Shown in pieces: positions 58,205-64,000 of a stretch of DNA of 64,000 nt. A model generated the notes under the pieces. That model was not told where the DNA came from. It saw only the letters and a list, made by a program, of their open reading frames with translations, and searched no databases. The stretch comes from Eledone cirrhosa (taxonomy: Eukaryota). How positions within the stretch are numbered: position 1 is the first letter of the stretch; every line of letters begins with the position of its first letter. The DNA is taken from assembly GCA_964016885.1 (NCBI GenBank), contig OZ024740.1, positions 301,134,001-301,198,000 on the forward strand. The letters are read 5' to 3'. The translations under genes and the position numbers were made by a program.

Positions 58205-59260
58205 CCCCACGTCTTTGTTTTCTCGTTAAGAACGAAATTGGCAGTCTTAAATTGCTCTCTATGCTTATAGTCAGTATGGTACAAAATGATATAAATGTTG
58301 TTGACTTGTAATATGGATTTGGTTATCTCTCATTTCTAGCTTGCATAGTTTTACACACGATATTTTAACATTGTTATATTTTAACACACGGTTATCTACT
58401 AGTAATAGAGTACTGTTTAGTTCTAATTTAGTAAAATTGTTTTATCTTTAGACATCTATATGTATATTTCTTAAGCTCAGACATAACAGTAAATAATCAA
58501 ATCATAATTATACAGTGATATATCTTTTGAAGCAAAATGCTTTTAACTCCCAAAAGATTCAACGTTTTTCTCCGTCACCAAACATTTCAAACATAGCATC
58601 TAATTGAAAAACACCATAAAATAGTTAAATAAGAAATAGAACAAATCTTATGTAAACAGACAACATAAAATTTCATATTTAAAACATACACAGAAAAAAA
58701 CATTATTTCCATAGTTAAATATATTTCACCTCATAGAAAATAATGTTAGCTAAACTTTTAATGCAAGAAATATATCTATAGAACAAAGCTCATGGTTTGC
58801 TTGTATTACTAGTAACAAGGAAAATTAAATCTAATTCAATTTAAGAACAATAGAACTATTCAATGGAAAACGTGTTATATAAGCAAGCACTTACCATTAA
58901 TTTTTTTCCGGAAGCAGGCGTTTGTGAGAGTAAATTAAAGCTGATTCGCAAAAGATAAAGGTCGCTATCAAACTTTAGAAACGTCACTGTCAACCACTGC
59001 AAATTGGAAGAAAAATATGTCAATGCTTTGTATATTGCATACCGGTTTGTTGCACCAACCATCTACCGAAAGGTTCATAACACGCACAATGACCAACAGA
59101 ATACACGGTAGAATTTCATTGACATTCTCAATGATATTGACCCTGGATCATCCTTAGATTTGTAGCAGAATATAGGTAATATGAAGTAGAGATAGGATGG
59201 CAATTTCGAAGGAGGTTTCCGTTGTGGAGAGAGAAATAAAAATAATAACACTAATCGCAA
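58200..59260 (-). pseudogene. Decayed LRR ectodomain-like coding remnant
   Basis: SNLQWLTV and LYLLRISFNLLSQTP fit LxxLxLxxNxLxxxP; surrounding frames are broken. Confidence 0.4.
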
Positions 59261-60409
59261 GCCGAAGCAGAAAGAAACAAGCTTGACGGCGTTTTTGCCG
59301 CATAGTCAGAATGGGTGATAGATTAAAATTGACCTGGTAAACGTAAAATGCATTAGTAAATCATATTTCCTGAAAGTTAAACTTATACTAATGGAAAGCA
59401 ATAGAACATGCAGAGAAGAGCTACTTTCTCTGGACATATGTCTCACGGTTGCATAACGTGCCTACGTTTTCCCCCAGGAAAGATGTCAACGAAAATGTGA
59501 AGACGCGTGCTTATTGACAGGGTACATGGAGAAATACAGTGAAAAACGAAATTAAAGTATAACAAATAGAAACTACAATATTATTTAGATATTTTCGTGC
59601 TATATTCACAGGAATAATGCTGAAAGAGATAGTTGCTTTACCAGACTAGAATTTGAGGAATGATGCACAAGTTGGTAAGCAAACGAATATGGAAGAATTT
59701 CATGGTACTTTACATGTGAAATGATGCAAAGAAAACACTACTGAATAAACAACAAGCCGAGAATGTATGTTTGTTTTACATGAACGTATTGTGTCATGTC
59801 ACGCAAGACGCCAAAAGGAATTTAAGCAGCATATCAGTATAATGTTATGAAACGTAGCATAATTAAAAGTAAAAATGGTTCAATATTATATCCAATAATT
59901 ACATTAAAATTTAAAACTATATGAGGGATTTGCGCATTCGGTGTTTGCTATATTAAATAAATAATCTAATGTTTTGTACATATCAATAAACTGAAAATAT
60001 GAATGTCCTAATTTGCATATGGTACATTCAGAAACCTTAATCATGTATAACGTACGGAATATAATTCGAAATACACATATCGAATAAAAAACTTCATTAG
60101 AATTATACAACAAATAATTTCATGATGTGTATTTGGGTATGATGCCAACAATCCACACCTCTTATTTTAAGGATAGTTACATAAATATAGGACTATCAAT
60201 ATGAGGAACGTGAATTGTTAAACACAAAAACGTAACGCCAAATCATAACTTAATGTCTTAATATGAAGCCGGACGCAAAATGTTATATACTACGAGTACT
60301 CCCTAATCATATCTTCCAACAAGGCTTAATGCTAATTGTAATCTCATACCGTAAACATTAACCCTAGTACCTACCATTTCTCATTAACTATGTTCTATAC
60401 CTATGTATG

Positions 60410-60498
<89 letters not shown>

Positions 60499-60532
60499 AT
60501 CTATCTATCTATCTACCTATCTATATATATAT
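60410..60532. repeat. (TCTA)n/(TA)n microsatellite
   Basis: Direct inspection. Confidence 0.95.
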
Positions 60533-63500
60533 CGACCGGACGTGCAATAGATCGTCGGTAAGTTTTTGTAAAATGTTCTATACAAAAACAGAATTTATAG
60601 TATGAAAATGTATATTGTTTAATAGATTAACACCAAGGTAAACTCAATTTTCGCCCATGTGGGGCGAAAATTTAATTGAAAAAATTATTGAGAAGTTTTA
60701 AAATGTTCCTAACTGTAACAATGTGTGATCTACAGAGAACGCTGGACAGCGTTGACAGCGAGAAGAGGGGGAAAGAGGCAGATATATCTCCCTCTACTTC
60801 CACAGAAGTATATATGGAGACAAACATCAACATAACTTCGTATTGTAAAGAAATGGATATTTGCACAACAAAATATGAAATTAACAGCCCATAACAGACA
60901 CCAAAAAATACAGAAAATGCAGAAATTGAAACAATTGACACAACTACACACGAAAAAACCAACAACAACAACAGAACTGAAAAAACAACATTCGCACTAA
61001 CTGTAATAAACAAAACAGAATATAAAGAGTTGGAAATCAGCAGTTCAAAACAGATGTCTGATGCAAAACAATTTATAACATTTGAAGAAAAAGGTGGGTT
61101 TCAAATAAACTCACCCTTGGAAATTAAACGAGAAACAGTTCGAAGAACGGTAACCTTCAGAACTGTCTTGAATAATACTAGAAAACCAGTTTTCCTTAGT
61201 CAATGGAAAATTGATGCCACCTTGAAGGAGGCTTTGGAAAACATCGATTTTCTGTTAAGGGGCAGACTGTATGGAAGTATTTCGGTACATTTTAAAAGCG
61301 AGGGCCTCGCACAGAAGCATTCTGTGCGGCCAATCATTTCGAAAACGCATTCCTTTTTCCCTACTTACATGGGAAAAAGAACACAAAAAATAAAAATAAA
61401 CACTATACCACCAAACATCAACATCTGGTGGATTTTGGTGGGGTTCCTAGAGCCAGAAAATTATGTAATTCTTTCGGCCAGGAAGTCTACCAGACAAAGG
61501 TGGGCGGGTACCTATTTGGAGGTTCTGGTGCAGATGAGGACGGAAAGAATCTCTAAAATACCCGAAAAGGTCCTAGTCGATAACACCAACCACATTAACA
61601 TTTCGGTTGAAGGAGAAAACCACATTGCTTTCGTTGTAATAGCACCACACATCGAAAGGCCTCCTGCCCTTTACAAACACGTTCAAACAAAACAATCCAA
61701 AAGAAAACATTGTTACCAACACCGACACTAAAACAATCACCACCACAAAAACAACAAGACACGAAACAAGCAAACACACCAAAACAAACAGCCACTCAAC
61801 CAACAACAACAGAAAAAACACAGACAACGCCCCTGAAGAACACAGCCTACCCCATACCACTCCATCAAAAACTACCACAAACACACACACTTTAACACCA
61901 TCACCACACAACATACCCCTACCCGACACTCCTGTCGATGATTATTGTTTAACAGATGAGGCTGCTTATCATTCTTTAAGTGAAGAAGAAGGAGATCTTC
62001 GGAAAAAAACAAATAAAGAGACACCACAAAACCCTCAACACTCCAATCACCAACACCATCACAAAACCATAGACAAAAACAACAACAAAAACAAGACCAC
62101 AGTCAAACATCCCCCTACCAGCAAAACCAACTCCAGCACCACCCCAAACACAAGCACCCACCATAAAAAGAAAGCTCCCCAACGAACAACAAACAAAGAC
62201 AAACACAACAAAAACACAAACAAAAATAACACAACAAAAACACAAACAACAATACGCATAGATCAACACAAACAACAAGAGTTTGATGGAGGTCATCTCC
62301 AAAAACCCCAAGGTGGAGACGGAGGGCAAAACTTTCGTTAAAGTAGAATCATCTCCATACCTTAAACTTATAAGGGTTTCTATGGAGACCTATAGTGACC
62401 TGCAGAATAAATTTTCGCAGGACGTGGGCAACCCCTGGCAGAAACCCATCAACCGCGTCCTGTTAAAATGTTTCCCCACCCCACACTACACCCTTCCAGC
62501 ACGCAAATGGAGATTGAACAACCCGATCTCCAGGAAACGAAAAGGTAAGTGCACCTTTTCATCCTCTTTCGCCAACTCTTCTCCACCAACATGGCTAGTT
62601 TACGAGTTGGAAGCGTGTATGTGCGTGGTCAAGGGATACCCTGGAAACACGACCAACTTTTAAACGACCTTATGTCACACGGTATGGATGTAATAGCCAT
62701 CACCGAGTCCAGGTTCCACAACAGGCAGCAACTAACCCCCATCTTCAATGACTTTGAGATCTACGCATCTCTCTGTCAGCCAGGAGGTGGAGGGTGAGTG
62801 GCTGTCATGTTTCGGAAAAATCTTGACGTCAAAGTACAGCAAGTACACTTGGACCGGAGGGTAGACTAGTAGTCCTAGACGTGAACAGTATTGGACGTGG
62901 AGCCTTCAGACTGGTGGCCGTTTATGCTTCGACCGGGCAATCGCAATCGCGGCCAGACATCTTTAAGCGTCTAGAGTCTTTTCTGGGAACGTCTCGCTCC
63001 TAACTTTTAATGGGGGACTGGAATTGTATCCTAGATGCACGATGGGACTAGGTGGGAGCTTCTCCTAGTAGAGGAGGCTACAACAGCCTCAACAATTCTA
63101 ATCGGCCAATTCCAACTGGCCGATAGATATCGACTAGCTTTCCCGACTGCACCACAGTGGACTTGGGCAAACCGCAGCGGAACATCTAGATCGTATTTAG
63201 ATAGATTTTCGTTTAGAGAGAAGGACAAGAAGATGTTAAGTTGTCCACAAATGCACATGGTTCCCTATTCAGACCACAAACTAGTCACCTGCATAGTCAA
63301 CTGTGATAGAATGCATAGACAAGGACCCGGATACTGGAAGCCTAACGTGTCACTACAGACAGGTAAAGCCTACAGTGAACTGATAAGTAGATTAGTTAAG
63401 CAACAATTGACGGGAGGAATCGTCAACAACAGATGGTGGTACTCCCTCAAGAAAGCAATTAGAGTAGAGTCGATAGACTTTAGCAGAGAGTTAGCCTTAG

Positions 63501-64000
63501 AGAGAAACAAAACAGAAACGGAAGGTAGTAGCCAAGGTAGAGGAGGCGCTTAATAGTGGCAACGTAGCTAGAGTGTTAGCAACGAGAACGGCACTGGACC
63601 AGTTCTTCGATGCGAAACACAAAGGCTGCGTGGTCAGAAATAAATCACGGGCTCTAGGAATCGAGGGAGAGGAAGCTGTTAGTTGGGCCCGAGTGGCAGA
63701 GACGAAAAGTGGCAACAAGTCCACGATTCAGTCTTTGAAACACCAAAACGGACGCGTGTTACTTTACCTCAAGCGGATGTGCGCGGCCTTTCAGCAGCAC
63801 TTTGCGCAACTGTTCGATCAGGGTGGTGGTGTGTCGAACGGGGCAATGGACTTCGGTTCATACCTCGACGGCCTGCCGCGTCACACGACCATGGACGCCG
63901 AGTTCTGCGAAAGACCGATCACAGCCATTGAGATACGGGACGCTCTGAGCCGCTGCGGGAAATGCAAATCCCCCGATCTAGATGGTCTACCCTATGAGTT
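60533..64000 (+). mobile_element. Second Tx1/L1-type LINE (decayed ORF1; ORF2 from 62591), running off the window end
   Basis: ORF1 61030-61731 is paralogous to 24071-23577. ORF2 motifs: MASLRVGSVYVRG..IAITE, LVAVYA, MGDWN, SYLDRF, YSDHK, GYWKPN, KSPDLDG. Confidence 0.9.

Overview
AT-rich animal (eukaryotic) genomic DNA; the SINE family and repeat content suggest a cephalopod such as octopus (inference). There is no intact host gene. Most of the window is nested retroelements in (TA)n and (TAA)n microsatellites: at least seven coding Penelope-like elements (PLEs: Neptune-type, YRDD 'Hydra'-like and Naiad-like) with direct or inverted pseudo-LTRs and hammerhead-type motifs, several non-coding PLE derivatives, two Tx1/L1-type LINEs plus a 3' fragment, two R4/Dong-type and one CRE-type RLE retrotransposons, tRNA-derived SINEs and a non-autonomous Helitron. 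Host remnants on the minus strand look like decayed LRR/TM/TIR (Toll-like receptor-like) coding sequence. The most notable items are: (1) a near-full-length Neptune-type PLE with an extra coiled-coil ORF1 joined to an AUG-less RT frame at a TTTTTTAG recoding/splice-like site; (2) a palindromic non-coding element with hammerheads on both strands that appears to have been copied as a unit; (3) a 522-nt retrozyme-like monomer; (4) a (TAA)n-associated Tx1 LINE whose 3' end resembles the local SINE's 3' end. All identities and pairings were judged by eye.
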